Origin: the human T2T-CHM13v2.0 reference genome, Homo sapiens
Direction: 5' to 3' (one strand)
DNA: 64,000 nt
Assembly: GCF_009914755.1 (NCBI RefSeq)
Contig: NC_060927.1
Positions 40,441 to 55,560 of the stretch are shown in pieces. The position numbers were made by a program, and so were the translations under genes. Every line of letters starts with the position of its first letter. The stretch's first letter is position 1. A model generated the notes under the pieces. That model saw only the letters and a program-made list of their open reading frames with translations, did no database searches and had not been told where the DNA came from.

Positions 40441-43329
40441 CTCTATCCATGCTTGGGGGTGAAGAAAATTAGGGAACAGGCTGTAGAAAGTTAAGTGTTT
40501 CAGAGAGAATCCCATGAGTTCCTCACAGGATAGAAGCCAGGGCAGGTTGTCACTCTAAAAGACAAACGGTGGCAGTCAGAAATAAACTGTGAAGTGCATC
40601 AGAACTTACTGGGATTCCTCAACATCATAAACAACAAAATTGAATAGACACAGATTGGATAATGACTTGCACTATTATAATTTGTACATTAAAGGAAAAG
40701 TGATGCAGAAAACTGGTAGTTATTCGTTTACTTATTTACCTGTTTCTTTCCTCCTTACTGCCCCTCCCACCCAATTAGGAGACTTGAGATACTGTCTTTC
40801 AATTCTTTTGTTACACTATTCTAACGGCTAGCACATTGCATGCACAAAGTCTGTGTTAAAAATTGTTTTCTCTTTGGGGGAGAAGGAATGAGAGGAAAAG
40901 AAATAAGAAGGAATGTTCAGTGGCCTCTGGTTTGAAATAAGTAATTAGTTTATTATTCCTATTGGGTTACTCCAGGGAGAGGTCGCTGTCTCTTTGCATC
41001 ATATGGTCCCAAATGGCTCCCATGCATATGCTGTGGGATCTGCATTTGGGCTTTCATGTGCATTTTTAGAGTGACAGAGGCTGTACTTATTTCTATTTTT
41101 AGTTATTTATTTTTTCCTAGGAAGTAGATGGTACACATTATGTTTTTTCTTCTGGATTTTATGAATTTGGGCTGACACATCAGTTCAGATGTTATCTTCA
41201 AAACATAAGCCCTAAGATCATGAATCATGATGTAGTATTACAAGGTAGCAATAATTTGATCAACTGTTTACAGTTGATTTCTCAGAAGGCTGCGTCTTTG
41301 TCTCTCAAGAAAATGACAAAGCTTTGGATGAGGTTTCATTTCAGGGGCTTGGAGGTAACTTAGTGTCTAACACCAAGTGGCAGGAATGTTTTAAGCTAAG
41401 ACTCAAGTAAGAGATTCCCCTGAGGCAGATGCTGATGCTTTGTTTAACAAAGCAAACTATGAGTCCAAATTATTCATTACCATATTCATAAGTAATCTAT
41501 TTAGTAAGACGGTATGAAGATAATAATAAAAACAAATATTGAATAAAGCTCTTTCCATGTCAACCTTTCCAGCACAAACAGTATGCCAGCTCATTGTTAG
41601 TCTGGAATAAACGATTTAAAATTAATGAGTATATCTCCTTATTGCTAGGTGAGATGCTAAGTAATTGGAAATATGTAGCCAGACTTCCCATGAAAGCTGT
41701 CTTACAAAAAAAATGCTTGGTAAAGAAAGAGAGTTTATATTCATTTTTAATGGATTTGAGTATTCAAAATGTATTGTATGTGGTTCTCTTGCTTAAATGT
41801 AATCATAATTTGTATTTAAATGAAAGGAATTATCAACAATATTTGCCAGTATTTTTCTAATCCTTTCTTACTTCTTTCCATTCTTTGTTGTTTATATCTC
41901 CCTTTTTTATGATATTGCAGCTAGAGTCTGAAGGCAAGTTGCAAGCAGTAATCTGGTTGCACTTGTTTTTATATTCTCTTGATTTTATACCCTCCTTTGT
42001 GTTTCAGATTATTTGAGTAATTATTGTGCATAGCCTACTGCCATTTATAGCCATTCAAGAAGAAATATAAATCTGTTCCATTTTTGTATCCTGATTACTA
42101 ACAGTATTTTAACAAGGTAGTAAAGTTCTTGATCCTGACATGTTAACACAGTGAAAGGCTATTTGCTCGCCTTGTAATCATCTCAGAAAAAGCTGAACTT
42201 TTTTCTCCTTGGGAAAGAATGAATAGAAACATTTGATTTATTCTTCCCTTATGATCTTCATTTTATAAAACTGGGAGAAAATGATGATGCGATACGAAGG
42301 GAATCTCTGCAGTCATAAGAACAAATCTTTATGAGGAAAAGTGAATTGTTGTCTTTGTTCTTGAAAGTACAAAGTGGAAAGGAGTTCAGTAGGCTGCTGA
42401 AAGAAGGCCAAGAAACCTCTGTTGGGGAAAAAGAAAAGTCTGGAAAGTAAACTAAATTCTGTTGGAAAAGGAAAGCATTCTTAATTCTTCAAAGAGGGTA
42501 CAACTACAATCAAGGCAGAGGAAAACTAGTTTTCCTTGATTATAAAATAAGGGACAGAGAGAAGCAGGTGTCCCATGAAGATAATGATGCTCCAGGGAGG
42601 GGCACTAGGAATGCATTTTCATAGACATGTGCCTTTTTATTCTTATTCTTAGAGAGGGCTCTTTAAATTGTATAAACCACATAAAACCGGGATCTGCCTT
42701 TGGATGCAGTGTTTGAATGACCAGTGCTCTTAAAAAACACAAACAAACAAGAGTTGACTTTGGATAAGGAGGCCAGACAAACTAGAGGCAAGTTTTAAGT
42801 ACTGAATGTATGCAGAGTACATTTACAAAATTTTGAAGTTCTTGTTTCATTAAAATTTACTTTATCTGTAAATGAATTATTTAAATATGCTCAGAAAGCT
42901 TCCCTCTGAAGTAATTTAAATTTTTAAAAGTTGTGAATTTGATTAGTCAATCCTTTTATTTTTAGAGCTGTCAAGGAAAAGATTTGTTCTAAGTGCCAAG
43001 AATCTGAGCCTATGGAATCTGTATTAAAGACTGTTTTTAACACACTTTCAAAATGTATCTTTATTTTAGTTTTTTCTTTCACTTATATATTCATAGTTAT
43101 GAAGTACATGACAGAGTTCTGCTGAAGATCATATATTTACATTACACATGGATTAAATCTTAACATAACAAGTTCTTATCAGTGACAAGGTTATTACATG
43201 TGAGCCTTAATGCTAGTTGAGCCTTTGGAGTTTTAAATGGATTTGTTCTGTAGGTTGGACAAAAACAGATAAAATTGAGTCTTCTGTTAAGTTTTACTTC
43301 TTTCTTATTGCAATTTATTGCACTTTCAA

Positions 43330-43638
43330 TTTTTTTTTTTTTTTTTTTTAGATGGAGTCTTGCTCTGTCGCCCACACTGGAGTACAGTGGTACAGTGGTG
43401 TGATCTCGGCTCACTGCAACTTCTGCCTCCTAGGTTAAAGTGATTCTCCTGCCTCAGCCTCCCGAGTAGCTGGGATTACAGGCACCCACCACCACGCCCA
43501 GCTAGTTTTTGTGTTTTTAGTAGAGACAGGATTTCACCATGTTGACCAGGCTGGTCTCGAACTCCTGACCTCAAGTCATCCACCCACCTTGGCCTCCCAA
43601 AGTTCTGGGATTACAGGCGTGAGCCACCGTGCCCGGGC
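43330..43638 (-). mobile_element. Alu (AluSx-like)
   Basis: TSD tgcactttcaa / tgcattttcaa; small tandem duplication gtacagtg. Confidence 0.95.
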
Positions 43639-43649
43639 TGCATTTTCAA

Positions 43650-44720
43650 ATTTTTAATTAGGAAATAGTACATGTTCATTATATAAAAGTCTGATCACTA
43701 TAGAAATAAGTATTAAAGAAAGTTCCTATAGTCTCATCCCTAGAGAAAACCATTTTTAAACAGTGCAGTTTTCAGCTTTTCTATAATTTTTTAATATTAC
43801 TTTGTAAAAAATTAAATCATGGTATAAATACTAATTTGTAACTTGCATTTTTACTTATATCCTATTTAAGCATAGTTGTTTGTACAGGTCAACTTTAATT
43901 TTCTAATGGCTACATATACATATATATATATCATATATATATGTATACCTCTGTTTAACTGATCTTCTGTTGTTGATATTTCTTTAATTTCTCTCTATTA
44001 CATTTTTCTAATGAATATCTTATGCATACACCTGCACTCACTTGTGGGAATATCTCAGTTTTATAGAACTCCCTAAGTGAAGCTGATGAGTCAAATGATA
44101 TGAACCATCATCCATTTTTTGGTAGATATTGCAAAATTGCCCTTCAAAATGGTGGTACCCACTTACACTTTTAAAAACAATGTATGATATTGTGTATGAG
44201 TATTTTGGTTTCCCCATTTCAGTGACTGACAATTGGTTAGATTTTTAAAAGCTCATTGTTTTGATTTGTTATTTGTGTATTTTGCGATATATATATATTT
44301 TTACATAATTTAATTATGCTATTGATTTAATTGAATTGCCTTTTTACATCTTGACACATTTTTTCATTACTGTGTTTGATTTGTAGGAGCTCTATGTCTC
44401 TCTCTACAAATATATGTATATTTACATGTATGCATATATGAAATTATTTATGGTACATATTGCAGTTATTTTTATACTTTTCATTTGTCTTTTAAATTAA
44501 TTCAAATTATATTTTAGAGATCTAAGTTTCAAATACTTATGAACCTAAATTTATAAATTCATTTTTAAAGATCTCTTCACAGTTGCAGAGTTTAAAAAAT
44601 TCTGATTTTTTTAGATTAAAAAATCAAAATCAGATTGATAATTTTTATATTGAAGTATAATACTTTTGTGGTTTTTATTTTATCTTTTGCATTAAGACTT
44701 TTTATTCATCTCTAATTCAA
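43650..44720 (-). mobile_element. Ancient L1ME-like 3' fragment
   Basis: AT-rich, gtagatattgcaaaattgccc, acttacact...aacaatgtatga typical of L1M 3' regions. Confidence 0.6.
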
Positions 44721-46078
44721 TTTGTATATGATATTTTCAAGTCTAGGCACTATTTATCTTAATAATATTTGAACATTTACATTTACAAAATAAATAGAGA
44801 TTTAACAAGATTTTTTTCAGTTTAAAACCTAATAGTATATCTAAAATATAATTTACCAAAGTCCAAGTTATATTTAACTTCTAAGAACTGCATATATTGG
44901 GTAATTTAAGGTATAAAGAAACTCCCATAGTTTCTAGTTTTACTGCTGTTTTTTATCCTTCGTTTTTGACACTGGCACTTTGCCGTCAAAGACATAGGGC
45001 TATTTCACATATTTCAAAAGGTATTTTGCCTTTATAAGTTTCAGCAAGAAGGAAGGTGGAAATTAGAGATAAGTGAGGGTAGAAGATGGAAGAATAAAAC
45101 ATAACCATAAAAGTCTCATTAACCCAAGGAATTGCTGAGAACCAGCCAGGCAGCCAACCACATTACCAGCATCTGTCACTCCCTGGTGACATATGACATA
45201 GTATTGTGTACAGGTTCTACTAAGAGTGAAAAGTTTACTTTTTAAAAACAATTGTATAAACTCACTAGAAATAAACAAGAGCAAATTATCTTGCTGCCAA
45301 TTACCATCAAAAAAGCATCAAGTGCCTATTGAAAGGGCTTGTTTAGGTAATTTTTTTCCCTATAGCTAGTATAAGAAGTTGGGCACATTAAACATGCATT
45401 GTTTGGGAACTTGCAAAAAAATGCTTGTCTTCACAGTACTCTATTTCAATTCTCTTGATTGTTCAGCATAATTAAAATAAACAAACACATACAGCTTGTC
45501 AAACACTTCTGGAAGTTTCCCCTGACTCAGGCCTTCAGTGGCAAGAACACATTATAAACATTATAGGCATTCTTCATTTCAAGAAATATGTACTACAGGA
45601 AAGTTAAGTTTAGAGAATCTTTGAATAAATTGAGTAATGCTTTTCCCTTGACTTTGTATTTTCCAAGAGAAAATATTTAGGACACTTATGAAATACTGTC
45701 ATTTTAATAATGGTGATGAGTATGATGATAATGTTAATAATGAAGTTGTTGGTAATTATAATATTATTCCATTATATCTGAGGAGTTCTGACATTACAAG
45801 ACCTATCATTTATCAAAAATTCTGGTTACAATGCTGTGCAATATATAACTCCAGTATTTAATGGTATAAAACAACCATTTATTATGTTTATGGATTCTCT
45901 GGATCAGGAATTTGGAAAGGGCACAGTATAGATGACTTTTCTCTGTTTTGTAATGTCTGGGGTCTCAACTGGAAGACTCCAAGACTGAGAGGTGGTATGA
46001 TCTGAAGTCTCATTCACTCACAAAACTGGTGGTTAATGATGGCTGTAACTAAGGCCTTAGCACTTTCAGCTGGAACAC

Positions 46079-46673
<595 letters not shown>

Positions 46674-47139
46674 AACACCTACACGTGGGCTCTCCAAGTG
46701 TCCTAAGCTTTCCCACAACATGGTGGCTGGGTTCAAAGCGTGAGAGTTTTAAGAAAGTAAAAAGCTGGCAGAAGCCATATTGTCTTTTATGATCTTTATT
46801 ATTTTATTTTATATTAAGCCCCTTCCATTTTAGTCTTTATGATCTTGACAGAAGTCAAGTAGTGTCACTATTACATTCATTGGGTTGAAGCAGTTACGAA
46901 AATTTACTCAGTTTCAAGGGGAAGTAGAATCAGCTGTTTGATAGAGGAATACCAACTATAAGAACTATAAGAAGACAATGTGGTATGAAACTTTATAGTA
47001 TACATTTTCTAGTCATTTTTAGAAGGTATATATAGCCTATGCATCTTTAGAAAATATAATTTTCTACAATATTATATTCTACAATGGACAATTAATGGAC
47101 AATCTTTTGTTAAATACTATAAATGCAACATTTTGTTTA

Positions 47140-47300
47140 AACTTTACAACTATGACACTGGCTTCATCTCCAGTTTACAGATAAGAAACCTGAAGATCAG
47201 AGAGGTTAAATAACTTCGTGAAAGTCACACATGTTAATAGAAAAGTCGTAATTTGAATTAAAGACATTCTATTTCAAAGGTAATGCGCCCATTTACTACA
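47140..47300 (-). mobile_element. MIR
   Basis: tttacagataagaaacctgaagatcagagaggttaaataact. Confidence 0.75.
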
Positions 47301-48314
47301 TTAAAAGCGATCGTTTGTTGGTAAGTTTTCAAAAATAATTCTCAAAATGAGGATTTATGTCAAGGAGTTACGTGTCAGAAATCCAGATGTGCTTGGAAAA
47401 CTTTGAGTAATAAATCATAGGAAAGATGTACTGGAAAGTAAGAAAGAACAGGAACCAGGCTCTACAGTTTTAGAACTAGTATTCTGGATAAATAGATTCT
47501 TTTTCAACCCACAATAATAGTTATAATGTCCCAAAGGCAGCTCTAGAAGACTGTCCTGCTTTGTACTAATTGCTTTCTGTCGTATCTATTGTGATTCTGT
47601 CTATCTCTATGCTGTTACCAACAACAGCTGACTCAGTGACTTGTCTACTTTATTGTCTGAATTACTGTTTGTGTCTCACAAACTCTGAAAGAGGCTCTGA
47701 TTTGATGTAGTAGTAAAAATCCCACAAAGAGTGCCTTTATTGGTCAGTCTCTAGGGGCTGGCATCCATTCCTGGTCTATTCAGTGGTTGCCAGTATTTCA
47801 GATCACATGAGAAAATCCTGACCATCACCTCTAAAGGACAAGCCCTTAGCTCCATTCTCAGATGGTGGCTTCTGGTGGGGTTAGCTGTCAAAGCATCATG
47901 GACTATTCAGTACTGAAACTTTAAATAGAGAGAATTAAACTGTCCTATATCCTTCTAACCTCCAAGGAAGCAAAAAAGTTATTATGTTTTGTATTTTTCT
48001 GGACATACCAATTTATGAACATTTTTTGCCAAGAAGTTCTAGGCAGTAGCAACTTATCGTAGCTGCCTACAATAGACTCTACACATTGTTTCTGGGTATC
48101 ACTGAGAGAAACCATTGTAAACCTGAACTAAGACCCACCCCAGGTTGCATTACAATCACCCAGATTCTCCGCTAAAGGCCCTGCAAAAGTCCCTACAAAA
48201 TTACCTACTTGTGGGTTCTGGAAGGAATCCCTATAGGAAGTAGCTGGATTGTGAGGCTTGAGGGTCACCAATCTCCTCTGATATCCCAGTGTGATTTTTT
48301 TTTGAGATATGTAA

Positions 48315-48514
48315 TTTTTTTTTTTGAAACAGGGTTTTCCTCTGTCACCTAGGATGGAGTGCAGTGGTGCAGTCACAGCTCACTGACCTCCTGGGTTCAA
48401 GCAATCCTCCCATCTCAGCCTCCTGAGTAGCTGGGACTATAGGAACACTCTACTATGCTTGGCTTATTTTTGTATTTTTTGTAGAGACAGGGTTTTGCCA
48501 TGCTGCCCAGTCTG
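48315..48514 (-). mobile_element. 5'-truncated AluJ
   Basis: Right arm plus part of left arm. Confidence 0.9.
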
Positions 48515-49249
48515 ACAGGATGAATTACTTTTATTAGCATGAAAAAGGAAAAAAGCTCCCCCAAGAATTCTTTCAAGATTCTCTCATTGCAGGTATGACT
48601 AGCTCCCTATTAGGAAAGCTAATAAGTTATTCAGATAGTTTGGGACGAGGATAAAGCAGACACTGAAACTAGATTCCGTTTCATCCCTTAGAGTGTCTGT
48701 GGAGTGCACAATTCTGGAAAGAGTTAATAAAATTTTGACTAATGGAGGATATATAAACTAAAGCCAAATAAATGCAGAAGCTGGAAATATTGGGAATGGG
48801 TTACTTAACAATACATTGATTCTGTTGTTATTTTTAATTGATTAGACTTGAAACCTCACTTCTTATGAATATTTCTTAAAAAGTTACCAGAAGAAAATAG
48901 AATAAAATCAATATTCAATTCATTTGTCACAAATAACTTTATTGCCTTCAGTTACTAATCCCATTTATCTCAAAGAGGTGAGCAGATATTGCTGAAAGCT
49001 CCCATTTACCAGTGACAGAAGACAGCCATAAAGCTGACTTTTCTATTTGTAGTTAGAGTCCAAAATACTGAAAGAGACTATAAGAAAATGTGTTCTGTTC
49101 CTAGAAAACAGTGCAGCTTGTGTGACTCTTTATGCACTACATTTTTTCTTTTCCTTCTCCCTTCAGGGATTTTTCTCAAACTTAATTCTCAGCTACCTAA
49201 TACTGAACAAATCTCAGTAAATTATACCACGTGGTAGCTTGTTAGTGAG

Positions 49250-49612
49250 TTCAGAAAACTGGGATTCATATTTGACATATTTTTTTCACCACATTTTCCA
49301 TATTGTATTTGCCACTAAGTCCTCCTAATTTACTTCCAAAATGTACGTCAATCCATACCTTTTATATCCATCTCTGCTGCCACCTTTCTAATGCAAGCCA
49401 ACATCATCTCTTATCTGAACCATTGTAGTAACCTCCAAATTCATCTCATTTTCTCTCTTGACTCTTTCCAATCTATTTTCTGCAGAACAGCCAGAGAATT
49501 ATGTTTAAATCATCAATTGAATCCAATGTTATTTCCCAGCTTAAAAACTTTAAGTGGTTTTGCATGACATTTAGAATAACGTCTAAACTTGTAATTTTTG
49601 GCTACAAGGCCT
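49250..49612 (+). mobile_element. L2 fragment
   Basis: ccatctctgctgccacc...caagccaacatcatctctt...tgtagtaacctcc...acagccagag. Confidence 0.75.
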
Positions 49613-49689
49613 CAGTGGAAATGTTTTCCCTACTAAGACTATGTATGATGAACAATTTTGATTTGTGTCTGCTGATCCAGAAATCTAGG

Positions 49690-49980
49690 AGTAGAGCGAT
49701 TTCAGGGCATTACCCACTCAATTCTCTTTCTACAGTTGGTTGCCCTAGCTTCTTTTGGGTGGACAACTAGTAACTTCACATTCTCAAACTGCTCACTCTC
49801 CTTTAGGCCCAGGAACAATAATAGTTTCCAGCTGTTGCTAGCTCTGGAGTTACCAAATCTTCATTTATTTTTTCTTTGCACTTCATGTCCACTTCTCCTT
49901 AAGTAGTCTTTTATTAAACTTTTCACAAATTAGCCAGATTGCATGTGCAATCTCTTTTCTGCAAGGAAATTGACTAATAA
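49690..49980 (+). mobile_element. ERVL LTR (LTR33-like), 3' part
   Basis: tagtcttttattaaact...aaattagccag...gtgcaatct...tgactaata. Confidence 0.65.
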
Positions 49981-49984
49981 AGTA

Positions 49985-51185
49985 TCTGGTGGTAGGAGTG
50001 ACCTAAGAAATTGTTTCTTGAATTGAATAGCTCCACACATTTGAGGAGCACATAGATAGTCTTCTTAGAAGTAGGGATAGGACACTAGTAACCCATAACT
50101 TAGAGAGTTTTTATAATTCCTCAAATTTTCACTTGTGTGGCACAGGCTAAAGAGCAGTTAGAAGGTGAGGGACTGGAAAATCCAGTGCTGTGGCATTTGG
50201 TTCTATAGTAACAATATTGATTATAATGATTGTGGATCACCTGGCTATTTCCATAGGCTCTAGAGATCATACATGGTAAAAGGGACAAGTTTTAGATAAT
50301 GAAAACACAATCCAGAACACAAAGAGGAAATCAGAAATGTTCAAGGGCATCTTTGAGGAAGCCTCTCATTTCCTGTAGTCACATGACAGATATGGCTGAA
50401 AACCACGCCTAGGATCTGACTGTAAGGGTTGCAGAGTTACAGTATCAATTCAAAGCTTAATCTCCGGGGCATAGAAGAATCTTACCTCCCAACCTCAGCT
50501 GAGTGAATAAGAATTCATTCAAGATGAAACTTAATGACTGCTATTGGTGTGAATTGTCTCACAAAGAAATGCCAATTCTCTTTGTTACCCACCTTCACTA
50601 TCCTTCATGGCTCTCATGTCTATAATGGAAGTTGGATCTCAACATGGCACAGATGGAGACATTCAAGGTCTACTCTGGAAAAATACAGGTTGTATGCCCA
50701 AAGGTTTGTAGGACCACCCCAGTTTGTGTTAGCAGGAATCAGGATAATGTATAAGATTGGATTCTATGGGTGTTAGACCAAGGAGGATGAAAAACATTGC
50801 TTGATTGGACAATGTTGGATAAAATGATTGATACGCCCAAAAAGATCACAGAATTTAATGTGCTGGCTTATGCACCTACAAACTATTTAATCAATTAGGT
50901 TGTCTAATTATAGGTGAGTCATTGGTGGCCTACCATCAATAAGGTAGAAATACTGCAACTTCCATGGCATAATGTAGAAGGAGTTAAAAGGTCCAGGGAG
51001 ATAGCCGTGTTGAATTCATGTAATATTGCAAACTGTTCAGATACTTCTCTAACCATACCTTTCCAGAAGGAGAGAGAAACTCTCTTAATTAGGCGTTTAA
51101 AAATGCCTTGGTAAAGGGTCATTAGTGTCCTTGAACAGCTCTGTGGTAGGTACCCTCTGTAGGCTGGAGATCATGGTGTGAATGC
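49985..51185 (+). pseudogene. ERVL internal region with gag remnant
   Basis: PBS-like tggtggtaggagtg; DWILWVLDQGG; ORF 50914-51114 WPTINKVEILQLPWHNVEGVKRSREIAVL resembles ERVL gag. Confidence 0.75.
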
Positions 51186-52670
51186 CCATTAGCTCATTCT
51201 TGTTAACCAGATAAATCCCAACTTTGTACTCTGTGGATTTCAATATTAGCTAACCATTAATACTCTGAATGGGAGATTTAAAGAGCAGAGATTAAAATCC
51301 CACTTCCAATACGCAACATCCTTGTAGTACTCACTCTCATTTGACTGAAGGTTGTGAGTCAAAAGCCTTGAAAATAAAAAATAATTTTATTGATTTTAAA
51401 CAATTTGGTGATTTTCTTCTTGTGTGTTTTCAGTGATAATAATTCAAAATTGTTTGTTTTTGCCTTTGAGCTTTTAAAACGTTTCTTAAAAACAAAGCGT
51501 ATGCCCACACACACAAGAGTGAGTAGTCTCCGTGTATATATGTAAATTGCAAAGTAGATATATGTATATAGTGTATATATGTGTGTGTGTATACACTTTG
51601 CAATATTCATATATATAAAGGGATACTCAATCTTTTCATACACACACACACACAGAAAGATTGAATATTCCTTATCTGAAATGCTTGGGACCAGAAGTGT
51701 TTCAGATTTTGAGTTTTTTTCAGATTTTGGAATATTTTTATGTACGTAATGAGATATCTTGTGGATGGGACCCAAGTCAAAACACAAAATTTATTTATGT
51801 TTTATATAAACCTTATACAAATAGTGTGAAGGTAATTATATAAAATATTTTAAATAATTTTGTGCATAAAACAAAGTTTGCCTACATCTAACCATCAGAA
51901 AACAAAGGTGTACTAAGGCACTTGTGTGAACAACCTGGTTGTTTGGAATCGCCCTCATTCCTGACTCTGAATTTATATATGACTGCTAAGCAATCCTTTC
52001 CTTACACTTACACATAAGTACATAAGGGTAAAAATATGACATACCATTAATACAATGAAAAAATAATATGTTCAAGGCAACTAAGCAACACAGTAGCATC
52101 TCCAGAATACTTGTATCAGCTGTGAAACAACAGCAACAACAAACAACAACAGGCTTTCTGTCTCCATGTATGATGCTGCAATTTGATTAAACGGTTACTA
52201 GACACTGTATTTTATTTTTTTAAGTGAGAAGAAACATCAGAAAAGTTAAGAGACCAGGAAAGGGGTCCTCTAGGCATAAGGAGGCATTCTGCTGGATGGC
52301 TTTGTAAGTGTTTCCTTCAGAGTCATTCACCTCATTAACAATGTTTTTTCTTAGAAGTCTCTCTTTGATTTTATAAACGGACATAATTTCTTGTTGTATT
52401 ATGAATATACATTGCTCTTGTCTTTCAATAAGCCCATCATACGTTTTCAACATGTTGTCTGTAGGCACATTTTTTGCAGTGTTAACAATGTTATCTTCAT
52501 CATCACTATTATTATGGTCACTTTGATTTGGAACCATTTTGGCTATTTCACCATTAGTCAATGAATGAACAACGGGAGCCTCAATATCTATGTTAAAAAT
52601 TTCTTCAAGATTCACTTCTTCCAGCTTACTGATGGACTCTGAAAGTAGACTTTTTTGTGTGTGTATGTAA

Positions 52671-52913
<243 letters not shown>

Positions 52914-53646
52914 TAACCTATAGAATCCTTCAAAGTCACCATCTTGTTCAGCATCATCAATGAATATAGTTGCAGGCCAGAGGTTGTGCTGGGCATGCAC
53001 AACTGTGTCTTTAGTGATTGTATTCCAAGTGCTGGCAGCAGCATATATCGCATTCTTCATTCAAAACTCCTTTTGAAAACCTCCCACGCCTTTGCCTCTG
53101 TTCACTGCTGCTAGCATGCTCTTTTTGTATTTACTCTTCATTGGTCACATAGCTGAATTAATGAAGTTACTTTTAGGAGAAGGTATATGGAATAAACATT
53201 ATTTTTGATGAGCATCTCAGAAGGGGGATGAGTTAAGAAATAACAAAATCTTGCAGTCATCACCCAGTCCAGCTTCTCTGCAGGAAGCAGGAGTCACTGG
53301 TACAAAATATTTGTAAAACAATCAGAAAAGATGTCTCTGGTGATCCATGCTGTTTTGTTAGCATAGTAATGGGCTTGTAAGAAATTCACTCCTTGGAAAC
53401 AGTGAGGACACAGCGTTTCCCTATTACAAGTTTACACTTATGTGTACTTGCTGCATTAGCACACGTCAGTACAGTTATTCTGTCCTCGGGATCCTTAATT
53501 CCTGTAGGGATACCTCTAGCTTTAATCAGTGTCTTTCTTGGGCAATAATGCCCAAGCACTGATTTTTTTAAATCAGAATTGTAGACTGGTTTTGGAATCA
53601 ACTTTTTGTCAGTGATGACCTTGGCAAACTCGTTAATGAATTTCTT

Positions 53647-53804
53647 TTTGTTTGTTCATTTGAGACGGAGTCTTGCTCTGTCACCCAGGCTGGAGTGCAG
53701 TGGCTCGATCTCGGCTCACTGTCACGATCTCCTGACCTCGTGATCCACCCACCCTTGGCCTCCCAAAGTGCTGGGATTACAGGCATGAGCCAACGTGCCT
53801 GGCC
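53647..53804 (-). mobile_element. Alu with large internal deletion (monomer-sized)
   Basis: Both Alu ends joined at ggctcactg|tcacgatctcc; 14-bp TSD ttaatgaatttctt. Confidence 0.92.
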
Positions 53805-54707
53805 ATTAATGAATTTCTTAATTGAATTTCCCTATGATCAGCAGATGCATTATTACCACAAATCTTAAAAAATTTAATGTCGTGTCCTTTTTAAAATTTC
53901 CACAACCAGACTGTTGAATAGTCGCAGCTTCTTTCAATTTTCAGTTCATCATGATGTTTGCTGTTTCATAGTCAGCATACCATTAAGTGGCTTGTGTTCA
54001 TTGCAAAGCTGATAGATCAACTCTTTCAATACACAATCAGGATCTCCATTTTTAGCTTCATGTGATGTTTTTCTACTTTTTATTAACTTTTGTTCATCAA
54101 CTTCAGCACAGAACTTCAGCAATTTATCCTTCTGTTTCTTCAGGTGATTTAGGTTGGTCATTCCGACATTATGCTCTTCTGTAATATGTTTCACACTTAC
54201 ACCAGTGTCTAGTTTCTCCAACAGCTTGACTTTCTGTGCTTCCTCTTTTTCTTATCACTGTTACCCATAGGGGTATCTACAGGTCTTTTTGAAATTTTCA
54301 GTAATACTTTTACACCACAGAACAGCGAACAAGCAAAGAAACATAGTATTTTGTGTTCTATTTTGTGAGTATTGCTGTAGGTTATGGCCTCATCTGGGGT
54401 ACCCTGGGGAAGCTGCTGTTGGCACATCCCACCTGCACATGTGCCATTTTATCACCCTTTGTGGGTGTGCTTGTGTAGGGGAATCTGTGCATGCACAAAA
54501 AAGATGTATCACAGATGAAGAGGGCTGGGATGGTCTTTTCTCCCTTAGGGACGCTGAACAAACTTTGTTGTGTGTCTGCATTTTGACTGCAACTCTTCAC
54601 ATGAGATCAGGCATGGAATTTTCCACTTGTGATGTCATGTCAGCTCTCAAAAGGTTCAGGATTTTGGAGCATTTCAGATATCAAATTTTTGGATTAGGGA
54701 TACTCAA

Positions 54708-54710
<3 letters not shown>

Positions 54711-54745
<35 letters not shown>
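54711..54745. repeat. (GT)n microsatellite
   Basis: About 17 GT units abutting the Tigger4 TIR. Confidence 0.95.
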
Positions 54746-54756
<11 letters not shown>

Positions 54757-55299
54757 ATGTATAATTTGATGAAAGTTAAAAGAGGAATGTGAATAAGCAT
54801 GAGGAAAAAATTAAGACACATGATTGGAAATCCACTGGTCAAAATGATTAGCTTATTACTTTTAGAATTGCCCTTAATCATTCAGAAAGAAAGGTGATGA
54901 GTTACTACTATCAGAGGGACTGTGTCCTCCAGCAACCACAAATAATATTTAGTGGCTCAGTAATTACTTTAATCAATTCCTTAACTACCGTAAGATACGT
55001 GTTATCAAGATCTGATCATTGGTAGGTGTTGACAAAAGAAAGTTGCTTTCTAAAGTATCCTATTTTTTCTTTCGCTAAAAGCCTAGTAAAATAAAAGTGG
55101 ATGTTAAATTTATAATTTTTTTATTTCTGGGAAGAAAGAACATGCATATTAAGAAAAAGACTTAATACTGTGATATCATAAATACAGATTAATAAAATTT
55201 ACCAAACTTGTGAGTGAAGGTTTTCTCAGGACAATAGACTTAAGGTCACAGGAAAATCTTCACCATCTTGCTGGAAATCAAGTTTTCAGAGGTAAACAT

Positions 55300-55560
55300 A
55301 ACAGCAATAACAACAAAAAGATAACTAACATTTGCTGAGAATTATACACTAAGCCCTGTGCATTAAGTGCTTTATACGGATAATCTTTTGAAATCCTTAG
55401 ATCAAATTACTGTCTATGTGGTATGGTACACAACTTCACAAATGAGGGAACTTGGCTTACAGAAGTTAAGTAATTTTCCCATGGTCACACAGGTAGTAAA
55501 AATGACTAAGACAGGATTGAAACCAAGGCAATGTTCTTCAAATCCAGTCTATGTTAAACT
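55300..55560 (-). mobile_element. MIR
   Basis: taactaacattt...taagtgcttta...caaatgagggaact...gttaagtaattttcccatggtcacacag. Confidence 0.8.

Noticed and set aside
54289-54792. Longest ORF (167 aa)
   Set aside because: Antisense to the Tigger4 5' non-coding region and reads through a (TG)n repeat.
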